The position numbers were made by a program, and so were the translations under genes. This document shows, one piece after another, positions 1 through 10,257 of a stretch of 64,000 nt of DNA (positions within the stretch are counted from its first letter, which is position 1; the number at the start of each line of letters is the position of its first letter). The notes under the pieces are model-generated. The model was not told the DNA's origin. It worked only from the letters and a program-made list of their open reading frames with translations, and searched no databases. Location: contig JBJMHU010000061.1 in NCBI GenBank assembly GCA_045807225.1, positions 2,185-66,184 on the forward strand, in the 5' to 3' direction. The DNA comes from Ornithinibacter sp. (lineage in GTDB: Bacteria; Actinomycetota; Actinomycetes; Actinomycetales; Dermatophilaceae).

Positions 1-524
1 GCGGTGTCGACCGTCCTGCTGCCCACGGTCGGTGAGACCAGCACGACGGGGCTCGTCGCGACCGACAGGCCCTCCGCCCAGCCGTCGGGGGAGGTGGGGG
101 CGTCGCCGCCGCCCGGGAGGTCGTCCAGCCAGGTCGAGGAGTCGGGGACCCAGACCTCGGGAACCCGGCCCGCGCCGATGCTCTGGAGGGTGGTCTGGGC
201 CGAGGCGGTCGAGCGCACCAGGGCGGTGCGGCATCCGGCCCTGGGAGTGGCGGGGTCGGTGGCTGCGGTGTTGGCGGCACCCGTGGGAGCGGCCCGGTCG
301 GCCGCGGCGAGCACCGACTCGACGACCGGCTGCAGCTCCTCGGCCACGAGCACCTGCAGCGGGGCCGGGCAGTCGGTGGGGCGTTGCGCGGCGGCCGCCG
401 TGTTGGACCGGTTGGTCCACCAGAGGTAGGCCCCGCCCCCGGCGACGAGCACGAGGAGGGGGGCCAGGGTGAGGAGGAGCATGCGGCGACCTCGGCGCCT
501 GCGCGGTGCGCCGTGGCGACCCAT
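1..524 (-). CDS. Membrane-anchored substrate-binding-domain protein (possibly SBP+vWA type), 3' end runs off the window
   Basis: Not in the ORF track because it has no stop inside the window. ATG at 524; my translation MGRHGAPRRRRGRRMLLLTLAPLLVLVAGGGAYLWW...C...PEVWVPDSSTW...SVATSPVVL gives an N-terminal TM segment plus the VWVPDSS and SPVV motifs typical of actinobacterial SBP/vWA proteins. Confidence 0.6.
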   Translation of the reverse strand, partial: MGRHGAPRRRRGRRMLLLTLAPLLVLVAGGGAYLWWTNRSNTAAAAQRPTDCPAPLQVLVAEELQPVVESVLAAADRAAPTGAANTAATDPATPRAGCRTALVRSTASAQTTLQSIGAGRVPEVWVPDSSTWLDDLPGGGDAPTSPDGWAEGLSVATSPVVLVSPTVGSRTVDT

Positions 525-536
525 CTGCGCAGTCCC

Positions 537-923
537 TCAGTCGTCGTCCGGCAGCAGGATGTTGAGCAGCCAGGAGACGAAGGTGATCACGACGGCCGCG
601 AGCACGGCATCCCAGAAGAACTCGTCGATGGTGAAGTCGAGGTTGAGCCAGTCGGAGATCCACTCGGTGATCTGCAGCATGAACGCGTTGACGATGAAGG
701 TGAACAGCCCCAGGGTCAGCACGATGAACGGCAGCGAGAGCAGCTTGACGATGGGCTTGACGAACGCGTTGATGACGCCGAAGACGAGTGCGACGAAGAG
801 CACCGTCAGCAGCTTGTTGGTCCAGGAGCTGTCACCGGTGGCGAGGTTCACTCCCGGGATGACCAGGGCGGCAACCCAGAGGGCGAGGCCGTTGACGGCC
901 ACCCGGATCAGGAAGTTCTTCAC
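537..923 (-). CDS. Phage-holin-family (YvlD/DUF360) 4-TM membrane protein
   Basis: GTG at 923; [29 protein letters not shown] signature. Confidence 0.85.
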   Translation of the reverse strand: MKNFLIRVAVNGLALWVAALVIPGVNLATGDSSWTNKLLTVLFVALVFGVINAFVKPIVKLLSLPFIVLTLGLFTFIVNAFMLQITEWISDWLNLDFTIDEFFWDAVLAAVVITFVSWLLNILLPDDD

Positions 924-1015
924 CGGCGCATTCTGGCACGCGGGGCGGGGCCGACCGACCGGGGCGGACGGGCGCATCCTGCCCCGCCCGAGGGGGGTTG
1001 CCTACAGTGGTCGCC

Positions 1016-2143
1016 ATGACCGACGACCCCGGCGCCGTGGCGCCCGAGCCCGTCGCGGGCGTGCCCGCGGTGCACCTGCGCAGCGCCCTGGACGCCCTGC
1101 CCGCCTACACGCCGGGCCGGCCGGCGACCGTGCGGCCCGGCGTCACGGCATACAAGATCAGCAGCAACGAGAACCCCTACCCGCCCCTGCCGTCGGTGCT
1201 CGACGTGGTGCGCGAGGCAGCCGGGTCGATGAACCGGTACCCCGACATGGCGGTGTCGGCGCTGACCGCGGCCCTGGCGCAACGCCTCGACGTGCCGGCC
1301 GAGCGGCTGGCGCTCGGGCCGGGGTCGGTGGGGGTGCTCGGCCAGCTCATCGCGGCCACCTGCGACCCGGGCGACGAGGTCGTCTTCGCCTGGCGGTCGT
1401 TCGAGGCGTACCCGATCCTCGTCACCCTGGCGGGCGCCGTGCCGGTGCAGGTGCCCCTGGGTGAGGGGGAGCGGCACGACCTGGCGGCGATGGCGGCCGC
1501 GGTCACCCCCCGCACCCGGATGGTGCTGGTGTGCACCCCGAACAACCCGACCGGTACGACGGTGGGGGATGCCGAGCTGGAGGTGTTCCTCGAGCGGGTG
1601 CCCCCGGACGTGCTGGTGGTCATCGACGAGGCCTACCTCGAGTTCGTGACGTCGCCGCACTCGCCCGACGCGCTCGCCATCCACCGGTCGCGGCCGAACG
1701 TCGCGGTGCTGCGGACGTTCTCGAAGGCCTACGGGCTCGCCGGGCTGCGGGTGGGGTATGCCGTGGCGCACGAGCCGCTGGCGGAGGCGCTGCGCAAGGC
1801 CGCGATCCCGTTCGGGGTGAACTCGCTGGCCCAGGTGGCCGCGGTGGCGTCGCTCGAGGCGTTCGACGAGCTCGAGGTGCGCGTCAAGGAGCTGGTGGAG
1901 GAGCGGTCGCGGGTGGTCGAGGCACTGGTGGCCCAGGGGTGGGTGCTGCCCGACGCGCAGGCGAACTTCGTGTGGTTCGGCCTGGGTGAGCTGACGGGGG
2001 AGTTCGCGGCGTCGTGCGAGGCGGCCGGGCTGACCGTGCGGCCGTACGGGTCGGATGGTGCGCGGGCGACGATCGGCGAGCGGGAGGCGAACGACCGGCT
2101 GATCGAGGTGGCGGGGGCGTTCTACGCGAAGCACTTCGGCTGA
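1016..2143 (+). CDS. hisC: Histidinol-phosphate/aromatic amino acid aminotransferase (HisC/Pat family)
   Basis: [25 protein letters not shown] and [16 protein letters not shown] (PLP lysine) motifs. Confidence 0.9.
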   Translation: MTDDPGAVAPEPVAGVPAVHLRSALDALPAYTPGRPATVRPGVTAYKISSNENPYPPLPSVLDVVREAAGSMNRYPDMAVSALTAALAQRLDVPAERLALGPGSVGVLGQLIAATCDPGDEVVFAWRSFEAYPILVTLAGAVPVQVPLGEGERHDLAAMAAAVTPRTRMVLVCTPNNPTGTTVGDAELEVFLERVPPDVLVVIDEAYLEFVTSPHSPDALAIHRSRPNVAVLRTFSKAYGLAGLRVGYAVAHEPLAEALRKAAIPFGVNSLAQVAAVASLEAFDELEVRVKELVEERSRVVEALVAQGWVLPDAQANFVWFGLGELTGEFAASCEAAGLTVRPYGSDGARATIGEREANDRLIEVAGAFYAKHFG

Positions 2144-2203
2144 CCCGGCCCCACCGGGACCGCGGAAGCTCGACGACGCGATGCCGGGTGCCGGCCGGGC
2201 GCC

Positions 2204-3709
2204 TCAGCCGGCGAGGTCGGATTCGGCCACCACCCGCAGCGCCTGAGCCGCGATGGTCAGCGCAGGGTTCATCGCGGCCGACGACGGGAAGAACCCGGCA
2301 TCGACGACCCACAGGTTGTCGAGGTCGTGGGCCTTGCAGTGGCCGTCGAGCACGCTGGCACCCGGGTCGGCCCCGGCGACCACGGTGCCGCACATGTGGC
2401 TGTTCATGCTGATGTCGAACGGCTGGGTGAACACCACGTCGTAGCCGGCGTCGCGCATCAGCCGCTTGGCGCGGGCCAGCAGCCGCGCGTGCTGGCGAGT
2501 GTTCGTCGCGACCCGCGTGGTCCGGATCCGCCCGGCCGGCGAGAGGGTGACCCGGTTGGCCGGGTCGGGCAGGTCCTCGGCCATCACCACCCACTCCACC
2601 GAGCGCCGGGCGATGGCGTCGAGCAGCGGCAGCGGCACCCGGGTGGCCCAGCTCTTCATCATCAGGCCCTGCACCTTGCCGATCGCCTGCACGGTCCCCA
2701 GCGGGTGCCCGTCACCACCGTCGTGGTACCAGTCGGTCACCATCACCGTCTTCTGGAACACCACGTCGTTGTGCCGGTTCAGGTCGACCGCGGCGATGTG
2801 GGCGTTGTTGTGCATCATGAAGCTGCGCCCGACCAGCCCCGAGGAGTTGCCGAGCCCGTCAGGGTGACCAGCGCTCGACGACGCCAGCATCAGGGCCGCC
2901 GAGTTCGCTGCTCCAGCGGACACCACGAACCGCCGGGCGTGCACGGTCACCGGCCCGCGAGGGCCGATCCCGACCGCCGACACCACCCGTCGCCCGGAGG
3001 TGTCGGTCACCAGCCGCTCCACCCGCACCCCGGTCGCCAACCGGGCCGACCCCGTGGCCAGCGCCGGGTCGACGGCGCACACCTCGGCATCGGACTTGGC
3101 GCCCAGCTTGCACGGGAAGCCGTCGCAGGTCGCACACCGCACGCACGCACCGCCCGGCCGCAGGTCGACGCCCATCGCGGTGGATGCCGGGTGCACCCCG
3201 GCGGCGCTCAGCCGCTCGACCAGCGCCGCGACGTAGGGCTCGTGCGGCAGGGCGGCATACGGGAACGGCCCACTGCGCCACGGCTCGGTGGGGTCGGAGC
3301 CGGCCGTGCCGTGCACGGCATACAGCTGTTCGGCCTCGGCGTAGTACGGCTCCAGGTCGGCGTACCGGAACGGCCATGCCGGTGAGATCCCGTCGAGGTG
3401 CGCCACCTCCTCGAAGTCCGACTCGCGGAACCGCGGCAGCGACGCCCCGTAGACCTTGGTGTTCCCCCCGACCACGTAGTGCACCCCCGGGGCGAAGGCC
3501 TCACCGTCGCCGTCCTCCCAGAGCTCGGCCGGCTTGTAGCGCCGCCGGATGAACACCTCGTCGGGCGACCAGTTCTCAGGCTCCCGGGGCAGCCGCTCAC
3601 CCCGTTCGAGCAACAGCACGTCGACCCCGCGCTGCGCCAGCGCCCAGGCGACGGTGCCACCGCCCATGCCCGACCCCACGACGACGACGTCGGCCTCCAG
3701 CTGCTCCAC
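2204..3709 (-). CDS. GMC family FAD oxidoreductase
   Basis: GTG at 3709 with GGAGG RBS; VVVGSGMGG dinucleotide fold, GGNTKVYG, SHMCGT and C-terminal FFPSSAAMNPALTI. Confidence 0.88.
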   Translation of the reverse strand: MEQLEADVVVVGSGMGGGTVAWALAQRGVDVLLLERGERLPREPENWSPDEVFIRRRYKPAELWEDGDGEAFAPGVHYVVGGNTKVYGASLPRFRESDFEEVAHLDGISPAWPFRYADLEPYYAEAEQLYAVHGTAGSDPTEPWRSGPFPYAALPHEPYVAALVERLSAAGVHPASTAMGVDLRPGGACVRCATCDGFPCKLGAKSDAEVCAVDPALATGSARLATGVRVERLVTDTSGRRVVSAVGIGPRGPVTVHARRFVVSAGAANSAALMLASSSAGHPDGLGNSSGLVGRSFMMHNNAHIAAVDLNRHNDVVFQKTVMVTDWYHDGGDGHPLGTVQAIGKVQGLMMKSWATRVPLPLLDAIARRSVEWVVMAEDLPDPANRVTLSPAGRIRTTRVATNTRQHARLLARAKRLMRDAGYDVVFTQPFDISMNSHMCGTVVAGADPGASVLDGHCKAHDLDNLWVVDAGFFPSSAAMNPALTIAAQALRVVAESDLAG

Positions 3710-3830
3710 GGGCCCCACCTCCGATGGAATCCTGTCACCCGAACCCCCTACGTCACAGCAGCCACCGCGCCGGGCAGACGGCGCGCACCGCAGCCGCCGT
3801 CGCGGGTGCGCACTGTGGTTCGGTGGTTCG

Positions 3831-4850
3831 ATGCCCACCATCGGATTCCACTGCTCCCACGAGCAGATCGCCCCCGGCCGCCTCCTGCGCGACGTCCAGC
3901 ACGCGGAGCAGGCCGGCTTCACCGCCGCGATGTCCTCCGACCACCTCTCCCCGTGGTCGCAGCGCCAGGGGGAGTCGGGCTTCGCCTGGTCCTTCCTCGG
4001 CGCGGCGCTGGCCACCACCGACCTGCCCTTCGGCGTCGTGACGGCCCCCGGCCAGCGCTACCACCCGGCGGTCACGGCGCAGGCGATCGCGACCCTGTCG
4101 AGCATGTTCCCCGGCCGCTTCTGGGCGGCGCTCGGCTCCGGCGAGGCGAGCAACGAGCGCGTCACCGGCGAGGTCTGGCCGCGCAAGGACGTGCGTGACG
4201 CCCGACTGCTCGAGTGCGTCGACGTCATCCGCCGCCTGCTCGCCGGCGAGGAGGTCAGCCACGACGGTCTGGTCACCGTCAACCGCGCACGCCTGTGGAC
4301 CCTCCCGGACGCCGTGCCACCCCTCATCGGGCCGGCCGTCACCACCGCGACCGCCGCACGGCACGCCGACTGGGCCGACGGCCTCGTCACGGTCAACCAG
4401 CCGCTCGACACCCTGCGCCAGGTGCTCGACGCCTACCGCGACGCCGGCGGCCATGGCCCGGCCCGCCTCCAGGTGCACCTCAGCTGGGCCCCCACCGACG
4501 ACGAGGCCCGAGCCGTCGCCCACGACCAGTGGCGCAGCAACGTGCACGGCCCACCGGTCAGCTGGGACACCGAGACCGTCGAGGCCTTCGACACCATGGC
4601 CGAGACGGTGACAGCCGACCAGGTGGCCGAGGTCGTCAACGTCTCGAGCGACCCCTCGTGGCACACCGCCCGCATCCAGGAGTACCTCGACCAGGGCTGG
4701 GACGAGGTCTACCTGCACCACGTCGGGCAGCGCCAGGAGGCCTTCATCGACACGTTCGGCGAGCGGGTGCTGCCCCAGCTGGCCCCCACCGCGCCACGAC
4801 CCGCCACGACGGACCGGCCCGCGCCCCAGCGCGAGGAGGCCACCCGATGA
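3831..4850 (+). CDS. LLM-class (luciferase-like) flavin oxidoreductase, TIGR03885-like
   Basis: IGFHCSHEQ, SSDHLSPWS, PGQRYHPA and LGSGEASNE motifs. Confidence 0.85.
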   Translation: MPTIGFHCSHEQIAPGRLLRDVQHAEQAGFTAAMSSDHLSPWSQRQGESGFAWSFLGAALATTDLPFGVVTAPGQRYHPAVTAQAIATLSSMFPGRFWAALGSGEASNERVTGEVWPRKDVRDARLLECVDVIRRLLAGEEVSHDGLVTVNRARLWTLPDAVPPLIGPAVTTATAARHADWADGLVTVNQPLDTLRQVLDAYRDAGGHGPARLQVHLSWAPTDDEARAVAHDQWRSNVHGPPVSWDTETVEAFDTMAETVTADQVAEVVNVSSDPSWHTARIQEYLDQGWDEVYLHHVGQRQEAFIDTFGERVLPQLAPTAPRPATTDRPAPQREEATR

Positions 4851-6526
4851 GGCTCAGCCAGACCGGCGACGTCTGGTGGAAGTCGGCGGTCTTCTACTGC
4901 GCCGACGTCGAGACCTTCCAGGACAGCAACGGCGACGGCGTCGGCGACCTGCGCGGCATGACCGAGCGCATGGAGTACCTCGCCGACCTCGGCATCACCT
5001 GCCTGTGGCTGATGCCGCTCTACCCCACCGCCGGGCGCGACGACGGCTACGACATCACCGACTTCTTCGGCGTCGACCCGCGCCTGGGCACCCCGGGCGA
5101 CTTCGTCGAGCTGGTGCGCACGGCGCGCTCGTGCGGCATCCGGGTGGTCGTCGACTTCGTCATGAACCACACCTCCGACCAGCACCCCTGGTTCAAGCAG
5201 GCCCGGCGCAGCGTCGACGACCCCTACCGCCACCACTACGTGTGGTCGGCCACCAAGCCGCGCTCGAGCAAGGCCGAGGTCGTCTTCCCCGACAAGGAGG
5301 ACAGCATCTGGGAGCTCGACGAGAAGACCGGTGAGTACTACCTCCACCACTTCTACCGGACCCAGCCCGACCTCAACGTCGCCAACCCCGCCGTGCAGGA
5401 GGAGATCGCGCGCACCCTGGGCTACTGGCTCGAGCTGGGCGTCTCCGGCTTCCGCATCGACGCCGTCCCGTTCCTCTTCGCCACCGACACCTACCCCGGC
5501 TCGGAGCCGGGAGGGTTCGACCCGCAGGCCTACCTGAAGGACGTGCGTGACTTCGTGACCCGGCGCCTCGGCGACGCCGCCCTGCTCGGCGAGGTGAACC
5601 TGCCCTACCCCCAGCAGAAGGAGTTCTTCGGCGGCGCCGACGGCGACGGCCTCAACATGCAGTTCGACTTCATCGGCATGCAACGGCTCTACCTCGCCCT
5701 CGCCCGCCGGGATGCCGGGCCGCTCGCCGCGGCGCTGCGCGAGCGCCCGGGCCTCGACGTCACGAGCCAGTGGGCCAACTTCGTGCGGAACCACGACGAG
5801 CTCACCCTCGACAAGCTGCCCGTCCCCGAGCGCAAGGAGGTCTTCGCCGCCTTCGGCCCGGACCCCGACATGCAGCTCTACGGCCGTGGCCTGCGCCGCC
5901 GGCTCCCCACCATGCTCGGCGGTGACGAGCGCCGCATCCGGCTCGTCTACTCCCTGCTCTTCTCGCTGCCCGGCACGCCGACGCTGTTCTACGGTGAGGA
6001 GATCGGCATGGGCGAGAACCTCGACGTCGAGGGCCGGCTCGCGGTGCGCACCCCGATGCAGTGGGATGCCGGCCCCAACGGCGGGTTCTCCACCGCACCC
6101 AGGCGCCGCCTCACCCGCCCGATGCCGGACGGCCTGTTCGCGCCCGAGCACGTCAACGCCGCGGCGCAGCGCCAGGACCCCGACTCGCTGTGGTCGTTCA
6201 TCCGCCGGCTCATCCGCCGCTACCGCCAGATGCCACAGATCGGCTGGTCCCACGTCGAGGTGCTCGACCACGACCAGCCCGGCGTGCTCGCCCACGTCTG
6301 CCGGGTCGACGGCTGGCGGCTCCTCGCCGTGCACAACCTGGGCGCCGACGACGCCCTGGTCACCCTCGAGCTGGGTGAGGTGGCCGAGGGCTCGGTGCTG
6401 CGCGACGTGCTCGACGGCCGCGACGACCAGCCGGTCGACCCGAGCGGACGGGTCGCGCTGCGCGTCGACGGCCACCGGGGCCAGTGGCTGCGGGTGCTCG
6501 CCCCCGGAGAGCAGGCGTACGCGTAA
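4847..6526 (+). CDS. GH13 alpha-amylase/trehalose-synthase-like glycosidase
   Basis: ATGA overlap with the upstream gene; DSNGDGVGD, DDGYD, NHTSDQHPWF, GFRIDAVP and FVRNHDELT motifs. Confidence 0.88.
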   Translation: MRLSQTGDVWWKSAVFYCADVETFQDSNGDGVGDLRGMTERMEYLADLGITCLWLMPLYPTAGRDDGYDITDFFGVDPRLGTPGDFVELVRTARSCGIRVVVDFVMNHTSDQHPWFKQARRSVDDPYRHHYVWSATKPRSSKAEVVFPDKEDSIWELDEKTGEYYLHHFYRTQPDLNVANPAVQEEIARTLGYWLELGVSGFRIDAVPFLFATDTYPGSEPGGFDPQAYLKDVRDFVTRRLGDAALLGEVNLPYPQQKEFFGGADGDGLNMQFDFIGMQRLYLALARRDAGPLAAALRERPGLDVTSQWANFVRNHDELTLDKLPVPERKEVFAAFGPDPDMQLYGRGLRRRLPTMLGGDERRIRLVYSLLFSLPGTPTLFYGEEIGMGENLDVEGRLAVRTPMQWDAGPNGGFSTAPRRRLTRPMPDGLFAPEHVNAAAQRQDPDSLWSFIRRLIRRYRQMPQIGWSHVEVLDHDQPGVLAHVCRVDGWRLLAVHNLGADDALVTLELGEVAEGSVLRDVLDGRDDQPVDPSGRVALRVDGHRGQWLRVLAPGEQAYA

Positions 6527-6651
6527 CCGCTGCGCCACCGGTACGGTGGTGGCCGACACCGGCAGTGACCGCCGCCACACCCAGCACCAGCGGTCGCGAC
6601 GACCACCGACGCGGCGACCGTCACCACGGAAGCCCGGAGAAGGAGTGCCCA

Positions 6652-7845
6652 GTGAGCGACAACGAGGTCGCCCCCCTCGAGGCGGCGTTCGGCGTGGACC
6701 ACCACGTCTCACGCGCCGAGGCCCCGGAACGCCCCGCCCAGGACGGCGGGCCGGAGATGGTCCAGCTGCTCAACCCCGAGGGCGAGCGCGTCTCGCACCC
6801 GGAGCACGACGCCGTCGTCGACGCGCTGGACGACCAGGAGCTGCGCGGGTTCTACCGCGACCTGGTCCTCATCCGCCGCTTCGACGCCGAGGCCACCGCG
6901 CTGCAGCGCCAGGGCGAGCTCGGCCTGTGGGCCAGCCTGCTCGGCCAGGAGGCCGCCCAGGTGGGCTCCGGTCGCGCCCTGCGACCGCAGGACTACGCCT
7001 TCCCGACCTACCGGGAGCACGGCGTCGCCTGGTGCCGCGGGGTCGACCCGGTCAACCTGCTCGGCATGTTCCGCGGGGTCAACCACGGCGGCTGGGACCC
7101 CAACGAGAAGAACTTCCACCTGTACACCATCATCATCGGCGCGCAGACCCTGCACGCCACGGGCTACGCGATGGGCGTGCAGCGCGACGGCAGCGTCGGC
7201 ACCGGTGACGACGACCGCGACACCGCCGTCATCGCCTACTTCGGCGACGGCGCCACCAGCCAGGGCGACGTGTCGGAGGCGCTCGTCTTCGCCGGCGTCA
7301 ACAACAGCCCGGTCGTCTTCTTCTGCCAGAACAACCAGTGGGCCATCTCCGAGCCCAACGAGAAGCAGACCCGGGCCCCGCTCTGGCACCGCGCGCGCGG
7401 CTTCGGCTTCCCCGGCATCCGGGTCGACGGCAACGACGTGCTGGGCGTGTATGCCGTCACCAAGGCGGCGCTCGACGCCGCCCGCAGCGGCCAGGGTCCC
7501 ACCTTCATCGAGGCCTACACCTACCGGATGGGCGCGCACACCACCTCCGACGACCCCACCAAGTACCGCGTCTCCGCCGAGGTCGAGGTGTGGAAGCACC
7601 GCGACCCGATCGAGCGGTTCAAGCGCTGGCTCACCACCACCGGCCGCGCCGACGCCGACTTCTTCGACGCCGTCGAGGAGGAGTCCGACGAGCTCGGCGC
7701 CTCGGTGCGCGAGCGCTGCCTGGCCCTGCCCGACCCGCCCGGCACCGACATGTTCGACCACGTCTACGCCGAGGCGCACCCGCTGATCGAGCGGGAGCGC
7801 GCCGAGTTCGAGCGCTACCAGTCCTCGTTCGAGGGAGCCAGCTGA
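6652..7845 (+). CDS. pdhA: Pyruvate/branched-chain 2-oxoacid dehydrogenase E1 alpha
   Basis: AAGGAG RBS then GTG at 6652; TPP motif FGDGATSQGD...QNNQWAIS and YRMGAHTTSDDP. Confidence 0.92.
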   Translation: MSDNEVAPLEAAFGVDHHVSRAEAPERPAQDGGPEMVQLLNPEGERVSHPEHDAVVDALDDQELRGFYRDLVLIRRFDAEATALQRQGELGLWASLLGQEAAQVGSGRALRPQDYAFPTYREHGVAWCRGVDPVNLLGMFRGVNHGGWDPNEKNFHLYTIIIGAQTLHATGYAMGVQRDGSVGTGDDDRDTAVIAYFGDGATSQGDVSEALVFAGVNNSPVVFFCQNNQWAISEPNEKQTRAPLWHRARGFGFPGIRVDGNDVLGVYAVTKAALDAARSGQGPTFIEAYTYRMGAHTTSDDPTKYRVSAEVEVWKHRDPIERFKRWLTTTGRADADFFDAVEEESDELGASVRERCLALPDPPGTDMFDHVYAEAHPLIERERAEFERYQSSFEGAS

Positions 7846-8816
7846 TGGCCGCCACCACCCTGGCCAAGGGCATCACCAGCGGTCTGCGGGCCGCCATGGA
7901 CAAGGACCCCAAGGTCGTCCTGATGGGCGAGGACATCGGCAAGCTCGGCGGTGTCTTCCGGGTCACCGAGGGCCTGCAGAAGGACTTCGGCGAGGACCGC
8001 GTCATCGACACCCCGCTGGCCGAGGCCGGCATCCTCGGTACCGCGATCGGGATGGCCCTGCGTGGCTACCGCCCGGTGGTCGAGATCCAGTTCGACGGCT
8101 TCGTCTACCCCGCCTTCGACCACATCGTCAGCCAGGTGGCGAAGCTGCGGGCCCGCAGCCTGGGCCACGTCGCGATGCCGCTCGTCATCCGCATCCCGTT
8201 CGGCGGCGGCATCGGCGCGGTCGAGCACCACAGCGAGTCCAACGAGGCCTACTTCGCGCACACCGCCGGCCTGCGGGTCGTCGCCGTGTCCAACCCGCAC
8301 GACGCCCACTGGATGATCCAGCAGGCCGTCGAGACCGACGACCCCGTCGTGTTCTACGAGCCCAAGCGTCGCTACTGGGACAAGGGGGAGGTCGGCGACG
8401 CGCCGGAGGGCGCGCTGGGCACCGCCCGGGTGCTCCGCGAGGGCACCGACGTCACCCTGCTCGCCTACGGCCCGATGGTGAAGACCTGCCTGCAGGCCGC
8501 CCAGGCGGCGCAGGAGGAGGGGCGCAGCCTCGAGGTGGTCGACCTGCGGTCGCTCTCGCCCCTCGACGAGGCCACCATCCTCGACTCCGCCCGCAAGACC
8601 GGCCGGGTCGTGGTGGTGCACGAGGCGTCGACCTTCCTCGGCATGGGATCCGAGATCTCGGCGCTGATCACCGAGCAGGCGTTCTACTCGCTCGAGGCGC
8701 CGGTGCTGCGCGTCGGCGGCTACAACGTGCCCTACCCGCCGAGCCGCATCGAGGAGGAGTTCCTCCCCGACCTCGACCGCGTCCTCGACGCCGTCGACCG
8801 CTCGCTCGCCCACTGA
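7845..8816 (+). CDS. pdhB: 2-oxoacid dehydrogenase E1 beta
   Basis: TGATG coupling; GEDIGKLGGVFRVT, DTPLAE, EIQFDGF and EHHSES motifs. Confidence 0.92.
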   Translation: MAATTLAKGITSGLRAAMDKDPKVVLMGEDIGKLGGVFRVTEGLQKDFGEDRVIDTPLAEAGILGTAIGMALRGYRPVVEIQFDGFVYPAFDHIVSQVAKLRARSLGHVAMPLVIRIPFGGGIGAVEHHSESNEAYFAHTAGLRVVAVSNPHDAHWMIQQAVETDDPVVFYEPKRRYWDKGEVGDAPEGALGTARVLREGTDVTLLAYGPMVKTCLQAAQAAQEEGRSLEVVDLRSLSPLDEATILDSARKTGRVVVVHEASTFLGMGSEISALITEQAFYSLEAPVLRVGGYNVPYPPSRIEEEFLPDLDRVLDAVDRSLAH

Positions 8817-8831
8817 AAGGCGTTCTTGCAG

Positions 8832-10253
8832 ATGGCTCTTCGTGAGTTCAAGCTCCCCGACCCCGGCGAGGGCCTCACCGAGGCCGAGCTCGTCACCTGG
8901 CACGTCAAGCCCGGCGACACGGTCAAGGTCAACGACATCATCGTCGAGATCGAGACGGCCAAGTCGCTGGTCGAGCTGCCCGTGCCCTTCGCCGGCACCG
9001 TGGCGTCGCTGAACGCCGGTGAGGGCGACACCGTCGAGGTCGGCACCACCATCATCACCATCGACGACGGCCTGGGCGGTGCGCCTGATGCCGGCGCTCC
9101 GGTTCCCGCTGCGGCCGCGGCTCCCGCTCCGGCGGCTGCCGCAGCGCCCGAGGAGGAGATCGGCGAGGGCCTGATCGGCGGCACGACCTCGACCGGTCGC
9201 ACGGCCGTGCTCGTCGGCTACGGCGTGAAGCAGACCGAGGCCAAGCGCCGGCCCCGCACCGGTGCCGCCCCGCCCGCCGACATCCCGGAGTCGACCGACA
9301 GGTCACTCCAGGAACAGGCTCCCCTCTCCGGCGAGCGGACCCGCGCCCTCGCCAAGCCTCCGGTGCGCAAGCTCGCCAAGGACCTCGGCGTCGACCTGGC
9401 GTCGCTCACCCCCACGGGCGACGGCGGCACCGTCACGCGCGCCGACGTCGAGGCGGCCGCCTCCGGCACCGGCGCCCCGGCATCCGGCGGCATGGTGCCG
9501 GCAGCGTCGCGCTGGGGCCTGGTCGGCGACGACGGCGAGCGGGAGACCCGCACTCCTGTGAAGGGAGTGCGCAAGATGACGGCGCAGGCCATGGTGGCCT
9601 CCGCGTTCACGGCCCCCCACGTGACCGAGTGGGTCACCGTCGACGTCAGCGCCACCATGGAGCTGGTCGAGCGGCTCAAGAAGGATCGCGAGTTCCGCGA
9701 CGTCAGGGTGACACCGCTGCTCGTGCTCGCCAAGGCGATGTGCCTCGCGGTGCACCGGAACCCTGGCATCAACGCCACGTGGGACGAGAGCGCGCAGGAG
9801 ATCGTGCTCAAGCACTACGTCAACCTCGGCATCGCGGCCGCCACCCCCCGCGGCCTGGTCGTCCCCAACGTCAAGGACGCCGACCGGATGTCGATGCGTG
9901 AGCTCGCGGAGGCCATCGGCGCCCTCACCGCCACCGCGCGCGAGGGCCGCACCCAGCCCACCGACATGGCCGGCGGCACCATCACGATCACCAACGTGGG
10001 CGTCTTCGGGGTCGACGCCGGCACGCCCATCCTCAACCCGGGCGAGGCCGCGATCCTGGCGTTCGGCACCGTCGCGCGGCGCCCGTGGGTCGTCACGGCA
10101 TCCGACGGCAGCGAGAGCATCGAGCCGCGCTGGGTCACCACGCTGGCGCTCAGCTTCGACCACCGCCTCGTCGACGGCGAGCTCGGCAGCCGTTACCTGG
10201 CCGACGTCGCGGCGATCCTGGCCGACCCCTCCCGCGCGCTCGTCTGGGGCTGA
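8832..10253 (+). CDS. Dihydrolipoamide acyltransferase E2
   Basis: Lipoyl domain EIETAKSLVE, E3-binding AKPPVRKLA, catalytic SFDHRLVDG. Confidence 0.92.
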   Translation: MALREFKLPDPGEGLTEAELVTWHVKPGDTVKVNDIIVEIETAKSLVELPVPFAGTVASLNAGEGDTVEVGTTIITIDDGLGGAPDAGAPVPAAAAAPAPAAAAAPEEEIGEGLIGGTTSTGRTAVLVGYGVKQTEAKRRPRTGAAPPADIPESTDRSLQEQAPLSGERTRALAKPPVRKLAKDLGVDLASLTPTGDGGTVTRADVEAAASGTGAPASGGMVPAASRWGLVGDDGERETRTPVKGVRKMTAQAMVASAFTAPHVTEWVTVDVSATMELVERLKKDREFRDVRVTPLLVLAKAMCLAVHRNPGINATWDESAQEIVLKHYVNLGIAAATPRGLVVPNVKDADRMSMRELAEAIGALTATAREGRTQPTDMAGGTITITNVGVFGVDAGTPILNPGEAAILAFGTVARRPWVVTASDGSESIEPRWVTTLALSFDHRLVDGELGSRYLADVAAILADPSRALVWG

Positions 10254-10257
10254 GCCG

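Noticed and set aside
537-923. Holin-family gene as evidence of a prophage
   Set aside because: YvlD/DUF360 proteins are common chromosomal genes, and no other phage genes are nearby
4709-6712. Long antisense and alternate-frame ORFs (also 19014-21371, 43118-44575, 51036-52961 and many others)
   Set aside because: Shadow ORFs expected in high-GC DNA; they overlap well-supported genes and lack recognisable motifs
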